This document shows positions 27,700 to 41,794 of a stretch of DNA of 64,000 bases, piece by piece. The position numbers were made by a program, and so were the translations under genes. The notes beneath the pieces are model-generated. The model was not told the origin of the DNA and searched no databases. It saw only the letters and a program-made list of their open reading frames with translations. This stretch comes from Octopus vulgaris (taxonomy: Eukaryota). Every line of letters starts with the position of its first letter. Position 1 is the stretch's first letter. Location of the stretch: contig OX597815.1 of NCBI GenBank assembly GCA_951406725.2, forward strand, positions 106,826,001 through 106,890,000, read 5' to 3'.

Positions 27700-30540
27700 A
27701 TGTATATGTGCATGTCCAATTTTGTTTCCATTTTCCCCCAAGTGTCTTCCCAACTCCTACGGCAAAGAAACTCACTGTATACATTGATAGGCTATTACAA
27801 AATCAATCGAAGTTATGTGAAAAAAATTACATGGGTGGTAATCGTTCTCATAGCGACAATGCTCTTCTCAATACGTGTGATGTACCAGTTAAAACAATGC
27901 TTTGCTAGTATACTGTATTCACTCAAAAGGTGATCGATGCTTTCGTCTCTTTTTCTACAGACTCGACATTTTCTCTCTGAGTTTTGTCGATCCTTGCTTT
28001 TATCAGATTTGTTCCAAGGGCTTGTTCCCAAGCGGCTATAACTATTGTTTCTCTTGTTTCAAGTTTCCGTCTGGCAACAAGAGCCAGCGATCTTTACTTC
28101 CAACACACTCGGTTTGTTGCATAAATTGACCATGTAGTTTCATTTCTTTCGTTTTTTTTTTTTCAAATCTTCCTTCTCTCTTTCAGTTCTCCTAATGTTT
28201 CCGTCACTTTTGAGGCATCTCTGGCTGCCGATAGTATTCTTTCTTTGCTCAGAGCAACATAAATTTTCAGGCCCAGTATCGCAGTGTCATTTACCTTCCT
28301 TTTTTGGTAGCTAGAGTCAGCCGGTATTACTTTTAGGGTAGAGTGCGTAATGCAATGTGAGCAGCTTTCGAGGTCTTCTATCCAAGTTCTGTACTTCGAC
28401 TTTTGTCTATTTCAGAAAAGGAACAGAAAATCTCAGTACGAGCATATCACATGTATTTATGGCTTTAATGATGTTCCTTCCATTCAATTTTGTTTCAAAC
28501 ATCTTCCTAATTCTCTTCTTGTACTCTTTAGTGACTTTCTCATTTCTCCCTCCATTATCCTATCGTCTTGCAGCACTAGTATTGTTATCCCACGTTATTC
28601 CACAGAAATCTAATGGTGTTGTCTTATGGTAGTTTTATGTCATCAGAATTTATCTTTTGTCCTCTCTTCTTAATTAGTACTCCGCACTTATCTACGTGGA
28701 ACTGCAAATCAATATCTTTATTGAATACTCTCACTCTTCGGGTAAGAGAGATTAGGTGTATCTAATTTCTTTATGTATACAGTTGAAGTCACCCATATAA
28801 AGGAGATGATTTATTCTCAACTTGGATTTGGTAAACTCTCTGGTGGGCCTTGATTTTCTCAGTATACTTGTCAGAGGGATTAGCGTAATGACGAAGAGTA
28901 ATGGGGTCAGTGAGTCTCACTTGAAAATGCCCCTGCGTATTTTTATATTTCATAGTGATTCATTTGCACATGTCAGTACTACTTCCCACACTCTCATTGC
29001 TTTCTCCAAAAAGTTGATTATCGTCTCATTGGATTCGAGTCTCCTCAGACATTTCAAGAGCTAGCTGTGCGGGACACTTCATGTAATCTGTCCACCCAAC
29101 AGCTAAATTCTTCCTCCTTACTTAGTTCCTCTTGATTTCTTCTGACACCCTTTTGCTTTTCTGGCTGTAGGTTCTTTTTCCACAAAATTATTCATTTCAT
29201 CTGCTATGCAGCCAATTACTACTTTCCTGAGTAATGGTAATCAAGTAATAAATCTATAATTGCTGACTTCCTCTCTCTTTTCTTTGTCCTTCTGTATTAG
29301 TATTGTCCTTACTTTTGCCATCCATATTGGTGTTCCATTTTCTATGTAGTCAGTAAAAAAAAAAAAAAATGAACATATGTAACTGAGAATACTTGGGAGA
29401 TTTTAAAGCCAGAAACCCTGGACATCATCTGGTCTGGGGGCTTTCCAGTTTAATATTTTCTTAATCATCTTTTTTATTCTCTTATCCGTGATTGTTACAT
29501 TTTCTTGTGTCACTCCAACTTTCATTTCTCTTTCAAATACATATAACCAGTCTGCTTCTGTATTATGTTGGACTTCTTTGCTTCAGATTTTTTTCCAGAA
29601 TTTTCTTACTGCTTCAGCATCTGACACATCATCACCTCGTCCCGTTGTTTATAGAAATTTCTCTCGATGTTCTTCAAAAGTCTATTCTGCTGGTACTGAT
29701 TTGTTGTCTGATGGTATCTGCTGTTTTTACCCGATACTGCTTTGATTCTTCCTCTTAGTTCCTCTTGAATTACTTGCAGTCCTTTGTGTCGTATGTTGTA
29801 TTTCCTTTGAAGTTTGTTCCTGTGTCTTTCCCATTCCCTCTTTATTCTATGAATGCATGTGTCCATCCAAAAGTCTCTCTTGGCCTGTTCAGCTTGGTTC
29901 TGAGACCTTCGCTCCCACCATGGAGCTTTATCCTTGTTTTTCTTTCACATTTAATCCCAGGAGTTTGCTCAACGATAGAAGCTGCGCAGTATATATAGTC
30001 GTTTAAATATGCTATGTTTTCGATGTAAATTTTCGTTAACAATTCGTCCATTTTTTCACTACTTTATATACTTCTTCTCTTTCGATTCCTCTCAGAGGTG
30101 ATAGCCTCTTTCTTTCGCTCTTTCGTGCCTCATTCAAGTGTAATAGAAATTTTCTTTCTTCCTCAGTAAAAATCTTTCCCTCAAAAAAATAAAATTTACC
30201 GTCATCCTGATAGCTGTTTCTTTTGTATGTATTTATTGATCCCTCTATTAATCCCTGATCTTGTTCTGCTACTTTTCTTCGTGTTCAGCGTTCTTTCATT
30301 GTTGTGGAGATCTCCACCAGTTCCAGTTGGAATACCTACTGCCTTCCCATGATAATTTTTTTCTGGAATCCAATTTGGTTAACTCGCTTCTGTAATAGCA
30401 TTCCATTACAGTTCTATAGTCGTTTTGAGTCAATTTTCTCTTAAACTTTGTAGCAGTATTTGAATAATGATTAGGTCCACCCTGTTTTAAGGTGGAGCAC
30501 GCCGTGCGAGAGACTCGGGGTTCGGGACTCATGAACGCTG
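27700..30540 (-). mobile_element. R4/Dong-like (RLE) non-LTR retrotransposon, decayed
   Basis: NWKAPRPDDVQGFW (about 29412-29452), IRRGIF..DSLTPLLFVITLIPL (about 28870-28940), INHLLYMGD (about 28790-28815), CRVCRKRDESIDHLLSE zinc knuckle (27813-28031). Confidence 0.85.
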
Positions 30541-30799
30541 TTGTGTTGATTTTTATTTGGCATTACACTGATAAAAAGGACTGCATTGGTAAGATGTCAC
30601 AACCGCCAGTGTTTTTATCGAGACATCATCTCTAGGGTGTTGCCAGCCGATGCTAAAACCTTCTTCTCTCTGTGGTAAAGTTATCCCCATGAGGACACTC
30701 TGCCGTTTTTCTTCGCAGGGTCGTCATCGTCGTCGTCGTGATGATGATGATGATGATGATGATCATCATCATCATCATCATCATCATCACCACCATCCA

Positions 30800-30980
30800 C
30801 TCAGCAGCATTTTATTGTTCTGTTTCCGAAATATTTCTGATATTCATTGCTGTGTCAAGCAAACAAGCTTTCTGTAGAATGAAGGCATCTCAATATCTTC
30901 AACTATCTATTCAAGCTTCTTGCCAATGTTCCGAAGGTTTCTTTGCGGCGATGCCGCATCCTCTGAACTTCGTAATTTAG
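30800..30980 (-). mobile_element. RLE-LINE extreme C-terminal fragment
   Basis: Minus translation LQKACLLDTAMNIR resembles the QKAxLLGTAxILR end of R4/Dong ORFs; followed by an (ATG)n-type tract. Confidence 0.55.
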
Positions 30981-31413
30981 GTCTTACTATTTCCCCATTT
31001 TCTAACGGTATTTTTTTGTTTACTTTACCCTACAACTAAACATATTTGAGAATGCTGTGTCGATGACGTACATTGCGGCAAGAACACGTGTTCATGGGTG
31101 TTTTTTTGTCTCTGAGACGATTTCTGCTTCTCATTTGTAGCCGGATGAAATCACCACTAGGTGCCTGTTTATCTTCTCTCTCAGAAAAAATAATTTCCAT
31201 AAATCAAGAATCACCTCTATGGTATTTAGTATTACTTTCTACGTATATGTTGTCCAAATTCGTACCACTGACTACTCTAAGTTATTTCACTTCGTGCGTA
31301 TATAATAATCTAACTCTCCCCCCCTCTCTCTCTCTCTATCTATTTATCTATCTTTCTGTCTCTCGCTATCTATCTATGTAGATACATACATACATACATA
31401 CACACACATATGC

Positions 31414-31455
<42 letters not shown>

Positions 31456-31457
<2 letters not shown>

Positions 31458-32199
31458 TTAATATCTAGATCCGCACCCGGTGGGAAAAATGGAAACGAAA
31501 ATGTGTAACAGTTGTAAGGCATCGTATATTGACGGAATAAGACGGAAAAAAAGCGCGCTGACAAACGGGGTTGGGGGTGGGGGTGGTGGGGCTCGGGAAA
31601 TTCCCAGGATCAACCGTAGAGGATCATGGAAAAAAATATGTGTAACAGGTGTAAGGCATCGTATATTGAAGGAATATGACGAAAACAAAGCGCGCTGACA
31701 AACGGGGGGGGGGGGCTCGGAAAACTGCCTACGATTTAAAGAAAAATTTACCATCAATTTTCACCATTTTAAACGCATTTCACACACATAGCCCAATGTC
31801 ATAATTCAAAACTAACGCAGCGAAAATTTTGAAAAGTTCCCCCAGTTCTGAAAAAAATCGATAAATTCGACATGGGGTCGCGAATCAGAAACACAATGGT
31901 GAAAATTGATGGTAAATTTTTCTTTAAATCGTAGGCAATTTTCCGAGCCCCTCCCCCTCCCGTTTGTCAGCACGCTTTTTTTTCGTCATATTCCTTTAAT
32001 ATACGATGCCTTACACCTGTTACACATATTTTTTCCCATTTTTGCCTCTACGGTTGATCCTGGGAATTTCCCGAGCCCCCACCCCCCGTTTGTCAGCGCG
32101 CTTTTTTTTCCGTCTTATTCCGTCAATATACGATGCCTTACAACTGTTACACATTTTCGTTTCCATTTTTCCCACCGGGTGCGGATCTAAATATTAACC
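31456..32199. mobile_element. Foldback/MITE-like element with about 310-bp inverted arms, inserted in (TA)n
   Basis: Arms 31456-31768 and 31895-32199 (GGTTAATATCTAGATCCGCACCCGGTGGG... / ...CCCACCGGGTGCGGATCTAAATATTAACC); about 137-bp sub-repeat within each arm; (TA)n on both sides. Confidence 0.9.
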
Positions 32200-32246
<47 letters not shown>

Positions 32247-32269
32247 AGTGTGTGTGTGTGTGTGTGTGA

Positions 32270-35200
32270 AGTCACTCATGAGTAGTCAACGGTCATCCAA
32301 CAATATGTATATATGTATATACCGTTTTATCTTATTTTATTTAAATTTTGAATTTGATGTATTCAATTTCATATATTAGGGGGCAGATGGGCTCTTTAAC
32401 CGCAGTGAAGGCATTCCATCAAGGAGAGAGAAACTCTGATATAAAACCAGGTCTTTGATTGCTGAGAGGCTCCTTAACAGGGCTGTACTATCAGCAAACT
32501 CTGATTCATAGGGTAGGCGAGGCTTTCCATCTTGTTTGTAGCGGCTTATCTAGATGGAAACTTCTGAAGAAAAAGCTTCTTGCTATCATAACTTCAAAAA
32601 ACGTGGGGTTGGTTCTACACAAACCTTCAACACTTAAACCAAATCATATGTGTGAGCTTTCTGACAACTTACATTCATTCAATACTGCACATCCCCAAAA
32701 GTCCTCTGGTGAGAGAGTGAAAGCGGCAGGGACAGGCAAAGGATATTACTGGAAGTCTCTTGCCGGACTCTCTACACAACTGGCGACCATTGGGTGATGG
32801 CTGTTCCAGGACAGAAGTTGTGAGTAACTGGGCTGTCCGTTTCCACCAGTGGTGACAAAGCAGGTCTATTTAGACACAGCACTGCTTTTCCCAACAGGGG
32901 GAGTGGCGAGAAAAGGAACCCTAAACATTGCTATATTATCACTTCGAAGCGAGATATTAGGGACTTTAACATTACACATTCCTTTCATAACACCTGCTAT
33001 CTCTCTGACCATTCTCTTCTCCGTAGAAAGGCAGTAAAGTTCTGCCTTTGAAAACTGCTGAAAATTAGGCTGGGCTCTCTATCAAGTTGGACACTGCACT
33101 CAACACTGTTGATATCAGTGATGACATAGAATCATCTTGGAAGGCTCTGCGTGATGCAACGCACTCTGCTTCTGTAGATGTTTTTGAAATTCCTGTTCGT
33201 AAACATCAAGATTCGTTCAGTGATAACAGCATATCCAACAGTTGATAGATAAAATTCACAACTCTCATAAAACATGGATAAATAATAAGAGCTGATCTAG
33301 AAAAGAGAATGCTTAAAAGAAATGTAGAGGCCAGGTCCAACGTGCTCTGAGACAGATGAAAGAGGCTTGGTGGTCTTCGAAGGCTACTGAAATCCATGAA
33401 ACTGCAGACAGAAAGGATTCTAAAGCCTTTTATGATGGCCTCAAGAAAGTGTATGGTCCTCGAGAGCACCGTGTTACTCCTATTTTCTCATCCAATAGAG
33501 AGACACTTAACTGACAATTCTGACATCCTGAAACGATGGTAAGATCACTTCGAAGCCGTGTTGAACTCTACCTCAGTCACTAATGATGACGTCATAATGT
33601 CTATTCCACACCACGCTGAAATACCGGAATTGTCTCTGGAGCCAATCTTCCTGGAATTGGTAAACTCTGTTTAACAGTTTTCTTCTGGTAAAGCACCTGG
33701 CAAGGATGCTGTCCCTCCTGAAATTTACTAGCATTGTAGACAGGTTTTTTAAGAAATTGCATGACCTCTTCATAAATATTTGGATGGTAGGTCATGTACC
33801 ACAGGACTTCAAAGATGCCTCAATTCAACATCTTTATAAGAACAAAGGAAACAAAAGTGTCTGTGATAATCATTGTGGGATATCGCTTCTGCCTATTGCT
33901 GGTAATATTCTTGCTCAACTCATTCTTGACAGGATCACCAAACACGTAAATGATATCTATCCAGAATCACAGTGCGAATTTCGCTGTGGTCGCGGCACTA
34001 TCAACCTGATATTTTACCTTTGTCAGGTCATGGAGAAGGTACGTGAGAAAAATCAAGAGTTGTTAATGATATTCGTTGACCTTAGTAAAGCCTTTGAAAC
34101 TGTTAACCGGTAAGCACTATGGAAAGTTCTGAAAAAGCTTGGTGTACCTGACAAGATATTGAATGTTATCATCTCCTTTCATGGGAGAATGAAGTCTGCT
34201 ATCGTGTTCGGTGGGGAATCTTCGGCTTCCTTCGACGTTACAGACAACACAAAGCAAGGTTGTGTTATGATCCTTGTTTTGTTTGCACTCTTCTTTTCAG
34301 TGATGCTGAGGTATGCTTTTGGCGGCATACAAAATGGTGTCAAATTTCAGTTTCGAACAAGTGGTGGACTATTTAGTCTTCAAAACACTGCTATGCACCA
34401 GTATCATTCGTGATCTACTTTTTGAAGATACTGTACTAGCAGCGACCTCTTTAGAGGAAGCTCAGAAACTTCTAGACATGTTTTCAGCTGCGTGTAAAGC
34501 TTTTGGTTTGACCATCAGCATAAAGAAGACGGTAGTAATCCGCCAACCTTGCCCTACTCCTAAACAAATTCGAGGTGTCAATCAGAGGCCACCTGTTCAC
34601 AATTTTCCTGACACTCCTATACAGGCTGATGGAAAAAAAACTAAATTATGTGAAGTCATTTACATATCTTGGTAGTAAAGTGAATTCAAGCGCTTCTCTT
34701 GATGATGAAATCGTCAACCGTCTTGCAAAGGTAAACCATGCATTTGGCTAACGCCGTTATCTCCTATGGAATGAAAGGGTCATTAAACTTGAGACCAAAG
34801 AACAAGTCTATAAAGCTGCCATTCTTACTAATCACTTGTATAGCTCAGGATCGTGGATACCCTATAGACAACACATTAACTAACTAGACATCTTCCACAA
34901 AGGCTGTCTCAGGACAATCTGCGGTTATTCACTAAATGCCGACCTGTTTAGCAGGTGTAAGATTGGAGGAATCGAGAGCTTCCTTATGCAGTCACAACTG
35001 CGTTGGGCTGGGCATGTCAATAGAATGAGTGACGAAATAATACCCAAAGTTCTCATGTACAGCCAGCTTGATAGTAGGCATGAGGATGTTGGTCGACCAT
35101 GGCTCATATATAAGGGCAAGCTGAAGAGTAACTTTTTAGCCGTGAAGATAGCTCTTAACACATTTCAGTGAATAAACTTGGAGTGAACAAAGTGAAGATC

Positions 35201-35440
35201 ATTGTGTCAAAATAGTATTAGAAACTTTGTAGCAACCAGCATTAACAGGCTTTGGGGTGCAAGGCAAAGGAGAAAATCTGCTGCAGATACACCACCTGCA
35301 CTGACCTGTAATCCTTATACTTGCAGCATCTGTGAGCTCTTTGAAAATCGTTGGCAAGACTTAAATGTCACATTCGACATAAACGTTATGACTGACAAAG
35401 AAAAAGTAGGTTGTCGAAACCGACGGGAGAGTCCATCCGT
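32270..35440 (+). mobile_element. RTE/BovB-clade LINE, near full length with most of the APE domain deleted
   Basis: VPQDFKDASIQHLYKNKG...CGISLLPIAG...PESQCEFRCGRGT...FVDLSKAFETVNR (33706-34113), KQGCVM, FGLTISIKKTVV, QLRWAGHVNRM; 3' stem-loop GTCG-AAAC-CGAC-GGGA. Confidence 0.92.
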
Positions 35441-35603
35441 TTTCCTTTCTATTGGATTTTCCTCTGTTTCTAAAGAAGAGCGATGCTCGAAACGTTAAAC
35501 CATCTTTCTTTCCTTCCTTGAGCGTCTGCTAATACTTTACATGTACCACGTCCTCGCGTTGTTGTTTTTTTGTGTTTGTTGTTGTTCTTTTTTTTGGTAT
35601 TTA

Positions 35604-35685
<82 letters not shown>

Positions 35686-35812
35686 TTGAAATTTACAGAA
35701 AAACAAAAGGCGAAGACAGGTGTATGAACAACAAGCAGGTTTATTAGTTTGACGCTCGGGAAAGTGAGAAAGTCTTTTAAGTTTCGAGCCTATGCTCTTC
35801 AACAGAAAGGAA
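35440..35812. mobile_element. Two convergent Penelope-like terminal fragments with hammerhead-like motifs around a (CA)n tract
   Basis: Plus CTAAAGA-A-GAGC-GAT-GCTC-GAAACGTTA (35470-35497); minus CTGTTGA-A-GAGC-ATAG-GCTC-GAAACTTA (35805-35778); both followed by similar TTTC..GAGCGTC..CTAATA sequence. Confidence 0.5.
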
Positions 35813-36539
35813 TATACACATATAACGCATAAACATGCTTAAGCAATTTACAGTTTGATTCTAAAAATGAGATAGACTAGCATAGTTTTAAGGACAAAAG
35901 ATTCAACATTATTTACTGAAAATTTTTCTTCATAAAATATTTTCTCTTTTTCAGTCTCTTCAGTTGTTTTTTTTTTATTTCTAACTGCTCACCATTTCCA
36001 TTTAACATAAGAAAATGCACTTCAATAAAATTTCAGATCAATTCTCAATTGTCGATAAAGTTTCCTTTTATATGCCCACTGGAATTTCACTTGAGAGCCG
36101 AAGATTGTTTTCGAAAATCTGACATGGAACTTTCTGTGATTAAATAAGATACGTGTACTTCAATCAATATAATACTAAGATCTGAATCTTAGTTGCGGCT
36201 GCGTTATCTTAGAACAAATAGCACTTATCTGGAAACAAAATACACACGCGATTTTACATGGAATGGAGAAATTGTTTTGATTGAGATGATTAAAAGCTAA
36301 CATATCATTTCAATATCAATTTCTAAGCTATCTACCATCGAGGTTAGTGATATATTAATCTTGTGTGATTCTATAAAGATTTTCAATTGTAAATCCTTCA
36401 TTGTGATGTATGTGTGTGTGTGTGTGCGTGCGTGAGGGGTTGTGCGTCCGAGTGTTTCTATAGGCATATTTATATACATATACATACATGCATACATACA
36501 TACCTACATAATACATACATACATACACACACACACACG

Positions 36540-36577
<38 letters not shown>

Positions 36578-37406
36578 CATACACATACATATAGTTATTT
36601 GTATTGAATCTAAATGACATCGGGATATGCTACGCAAGATGCTTGAAAGAAGTGGAGGAAAAGCACGCAGATTAATCCCTTGATATTTAGCCATTAAATA
36701 TATATATAAGAAGGGGCCCCCACCTTACAAGTATTGGAGAGTGAGTTTCCATTGTGAGTAGTTCTCAGAAAATCCAAATCTTAAATGATTACAAATATGG
36801 CGTCTAGAATCTGCCAAATTTACAAGTTACTAAAAATAGTTATAGTTTTACAGTAATACTCCTTAGCTGTCACTGTAATAATTCGTATCCACATGTTTTT
36901 GTTTTGTTTTTGACTACATGTATCATTTAAATTACAGAAATTATATAAAATACCTCACAACATATGAAATAAATACAATGAAGTGATACATGTAAATATA
37001 TCTGAAATTACCAACAAGAAATTTTGTGCATGTAGCTTTCTTCAAATTGAGTTTATATATATACTGAACGCAATTAATTCCTACTAATATTATTTGTGGT
37101 TTTCAACATAGGTAGAAAGCCAGAAATTTCAGAGGAGTGTGTAGACATTAGATTGATTTTTGTATTTAATAATGCTTAGTGCACCAGCTTAAAATGTTAT
37201 GTAGGAATGTGACACTAGTTGAGTAGTGCTTTATGACATTTGCTTTACAAAATCAAATTGAACATGAAGAAAAATAATCATATGAATACACTTCACTTTT
37301 TTTGCGTTTAAGTATAGTTAGGTTGTGGTATAACGTTTGAACTATTACATCACCACTTCACTAAAACATTAAGTTAAGGATATATGAGTGTGTATGTGTG
37401 TGTAAG

Positions 37407-37449
<43 letters not shown>

Positions 37450-37632
37450 ATATATATATATATATATCTAACTAACTATCTATGTAAATGTATTTACGCA
37501 CACACACGCACACACACACACATATATATATATGCATGTATGTATATGTATATATGTATGTGTGTAAATATATTACGTTTGTTGTGTTTCTATTTAAAAT
37601 TTTGGAATACATACGCACATATATTTCTGTGT

Positions 37633-38570
37633 GAATTAGAGGTTGGGAAACCAACTAACGGATAGTACCTATCCAATATACTGATGGTAGTGTACCCAAT
37701 TATTCATAGACAAGTGCTAATTATTGCATGGCAATCTCGCAATTGAGTATTATATATGGACGGGGGTAAACGAGTGGTTTACCCTTGATTTATACGGCAA
37801 ATAAGAAAACGGAGAGGATATAAAATCGACAGACATCAGCCGGTAAACATTCCAGTATGTTTATTTATTTAAATGTATTGGATGAATACATCATGTATGA
37901 GTGGTACAAATTAGCGAGTGGAAAAAGCTGGTAAGTGCACAAGGATATAAGGATATGAAGCCAAAGAGCAATTGAGCAAATGAGCAAATTGGCAAAAAAC
38001 TAAATGAGTGTGCAGGTACTAGTTTCTTACGGCCGTTTCTGTCAAGAGGCAACGAAATCTTCCAGGTTATCTCCATATCTTCAGTATTATGCAGGGATGA
38101 GCAGACAAGGCTTGGATAGTGGATGTACTACTAAGCTTCTTCAGAGGGTCTAAGTGGTTGGGAGGGGAATTACACATATAAAAGTCATTTAAGAATAGCT
38201 AAGGTGTGTTTACCCTTTTAAATAGAGTAGAATAAGAATAAGAGTAAGAGTAAACACGAGAATACAAGTGAAGTACAGCATAGTACAATGATGTGGGCAT
38301 AGCAAGGGGAAATAAGGTACAGACAGTATAAGGTACAGACAGTATAAAATCAATGTTATTTCATCCAGTGGTGGGTAGGAGAATATAACCGTTCTCATGA
38401 GGAATTTTTTTCGGGTGGGTTAATTTTAGGCAGTAGTTCACATTGTGTTTCCAGAGAAATTTAGTGGTGGGTTTGATGGTATGGTCCATGTTACTGAGGT
38501 GAAATTTTATATGTAAAGTGCCAGTTAGTAGGTGTAGCGTTGCAAAGGCATAAGCAACTTATAATGAACC
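37633..38570 (-). mobile_element. Penelope-like element 3' remnant (possible GIY-YIG region plus terminal repeat)
   Basis: Weak KLSSTS-LSK...EITWKI peptide echo of the PLE endonuclease region; terminal segment homologous to 18293-18490. Confidence 0.4.
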
Positions 38571-39739
38571 CATCTTAGGAAATTTTGTACATGAACGTAT
38601 CACTGAGAGAAAACTAGGTGAAGCCAAAATGCTATGTTAGTGTTCGTTACTTTATTGCCGATCAACAAATCTCGAAACCCCTATGTGTAGTGGGGTGGGG
38701 GTCATGGTCAGACTGACCATGTATTCTCCCTCTTTTCCATCACTCTTCCCCTTACCCTCTTTTCTCCTTTTTCTTTCTCACTGTTTTTCTCTTGCTCTCC
38801 GCCTTCCCCTCCAACTAATCTCATAAAAATGTTACTGACAGAACAAAAAATGTTACAACGGAGCAAAAAAAAAAACTTAGTTAAAAGAATTACACATTTC
38901 GCTCATCACCTTCACTCCCTCCATTCCCTCCACTTCCTCCCCCCTTCCACCCCTTTCCACCCTATCCAACTAATCACGTGAAAGCGTTACGGACGGAATA
39001 ATTAACGCGGGGAACAAGCAGATTTAATAGATGATTAGAATTCTTTTTAGAAAGAAGATGCTGGTTCCTAAAACAGCAAACGCTGTAATTTAGCTATAAA
39101 AAATGACGATGCTTACATTTTGTACTTCAGAAAGTTCTTGCATATTTATATCTCTTTCAGATTGCATATATGAATCGCGTGTTATCCGGCCTCTTTCCTT
39201 GCCCGAAAATCCTAGCTTATGCAGGTTATCACTTGCACATTTACAAACATAACAAGTGCACTCGTGACTATCGGGGAAAATGTAAATTTATGATCAGAGT
39301 AGAGGAGGTTAAGGTTTCATTGCATTTTCTTTGTCATCAACGGGACAGCTAACCACTATGACTGTACATAACTTTGATTTTCAGTCTCAAATAACTATAT
39401 TGCTTCATCAATAATCCTTGTGTCGATATATATGTATTCAATAACAAAATTATTGCTTATATTTATCGTCTTGCAGTGCTCTGCGGATGGCATTGTATAT
39501 CGCTTTAGCATCAGCATCATGTCACATAGGAAGGTATTGCATCCACTAAGAAAATACTTACATTAGTGTGCTTTGCTGTCATAGACCAGTGGATAATCGC
39601 AAAGGAAATTACAGAGGGAATTAGGGGAAAAAAACCCCAATCCAGCAACAACAAAAGCACAAAGTATCTCCTTTGAATATTGCCTTTGAATATTTATAAA
39701 ATGGGAGATAACCGGTTCACTTTCAGCTACAAGCGCAAG

Positions 39740-40405
39740 GATTGAAGATCAGGTCTTTCATGTTCATTCCATTTTCATCTTCTTCCAAGACCGTACTTCT
39801 CATACAATCGCCATTGAAGAAACTTAGCCACGTCATCGTGGCTTCTTTCGTATTCCTTTTGGCTCAATTTGTTACTCAGTCACAATACGTGTTGTTTCGC
39901 TTTTGTTGTCAGGCACCTTACAAAGGGGCGGTTTACTGCTCTTATCTATTTGGAACTTGGTGTACTTAATTCTCAAAGTTTGTTCCTGAGAGCACTGTAT
40001 ATCAATGCCTCAGTGCATCCTTTCAGGTCACTTTTCCTCCAAGTTTTGGTCTTGTTTTTCCCTTCGGTTTCTCTGGGGTACTGCCCAGGCAGCGTTATCC
40101 TTTTCCAGATGTTTAATCTTTCCATCTTGTTTCTTAAATGTATTTTGGGTGTGTCATATTTGCGTTATGTATCGTGTAGCTACTTTTGACAGCGACAAAG
40201 GTTCAATCTGCTTTTTGCCGTACCATCTCAGACTTCTTTCCTCATTGACAACACAGATCATGCATCCCGTGAGACCTCTTCCTCTCTTGTAACTAGGCAC
40301 TTACAGTCCATCGATATCACTTTTAGGATGCAGCTCCTTGTTCATTGTCATCATTTTCCTGGTTTTTCTATCCATTTCTTGGAGCTCGTTCTTTGTTATA
40401 TTCAA
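39740..40405 (-). mobile_element. R4/Dong-like LINE fragment (post-RT region)
   Basis: ELQEMDRKTRKMMTMNKELHPKSDIDGL.VPSYKRGRGLTG on minus. Confidence 0.75.
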
Positions 40406-40661
40406 AAGTAATATTTTAAAAATAACAAATAGATACCAAAGAAGTCAGTGATCTGGCCAAAGTCGCTAGATCTCACTGTGATAAGAGAATTCTTTTGCCT
40501 ATCTTTTCTAGTCCATAACTTTCTCTCAAAATCAATAACTGTATTTCTAACACTAGCATGTAGAATATCTATCTTGTCTTTAGTAAGAGAAGAATTCTTT
40601 TAGCAAAGATTAAGGCTTTATATTTTATCTGTACAAAATATATATGTACACATATGACATA

Positions 40662-40712
<51 letters not shown>

Positions 40713-41501
40713 CACATATACATATATGTGTTTGATTCTATTGTGTGTGTATGTGCGCGCGCGCGTGTGCTTGAGCGCGTGTATTGCAGCTCATGTGTGT
40801 AAATAATTGTAGATGTGTTTGGTTTGAATTTGAGCTGTTTCTAAATGTATATGTGTAAGTATGCATGCATGGATACACGTTTATAATTTTTAGTATATGA
40901 TATCTTTAATACTTAGTTTCCTATTCTGCATCCATACACTGACTCATATACAATCTCATCCGGCGTTCTCTGTTAATCTCCAGCTAGCATTGTACAAAAG
41001 TGGAGGTCCTTTAGAACATATATGAATGTAGTGAATGTAGAATATATAAGAATCCTCAAAAAAGAAAAGAAAAAGAAAAAAAAAGAAAAGTTATTGTGGA
41101 AAATGTTATAAGGGAAAATAAATCCCAATCACACACACTCTAACATGTAATGATGAAATACATTCACTCATGCTGAGCAAACGAAGAAGGTGTGAAAAAT
41201 AAATGAGAATAAACAGTTTTTGAATTATAAATGAGAAATTTGCTGTGCAAAAACTGATACCCACAGTTACTAGGTGATTTTGCTCTGATAGTATATTTTA
41301 TGAACCAAACATTGAAATGTAATGTTGTGGAGATGACTGTGTGGCTAACGGGCACGGTTAGCTTTGTATCCATGCGATTCGAGTCTGGTTCTACAGCGTG
41401 GCACTTTGGGTAAGTATTTTCTTTCATAGCCTTGATTTCATGAATTCTTTGTAAATAAAATTCTCCAATGCCTCGAGAGAAAATGTGCGAAATCCCATTA
41501 T

Positions 41502-41591
<90 letters not shown>

Positions 41592-41794
41592 AAAATATAG
41601 AGAGGGGCAGAAGAGGAGTTAAGAAACCCCCCCAACTCCATACGTGTTGAATGGCCGTTGTCTTTAAATAAAACAAGGGCATTTCTCTTTGGTACAAAAA
41701 TGATGTAAGGCGAGTGAGATGAATTTCAAGGTCAGCGTCAACCACGCTGACTTTGAAATAGCCTTTACATAATACATACATGCATACATACATT

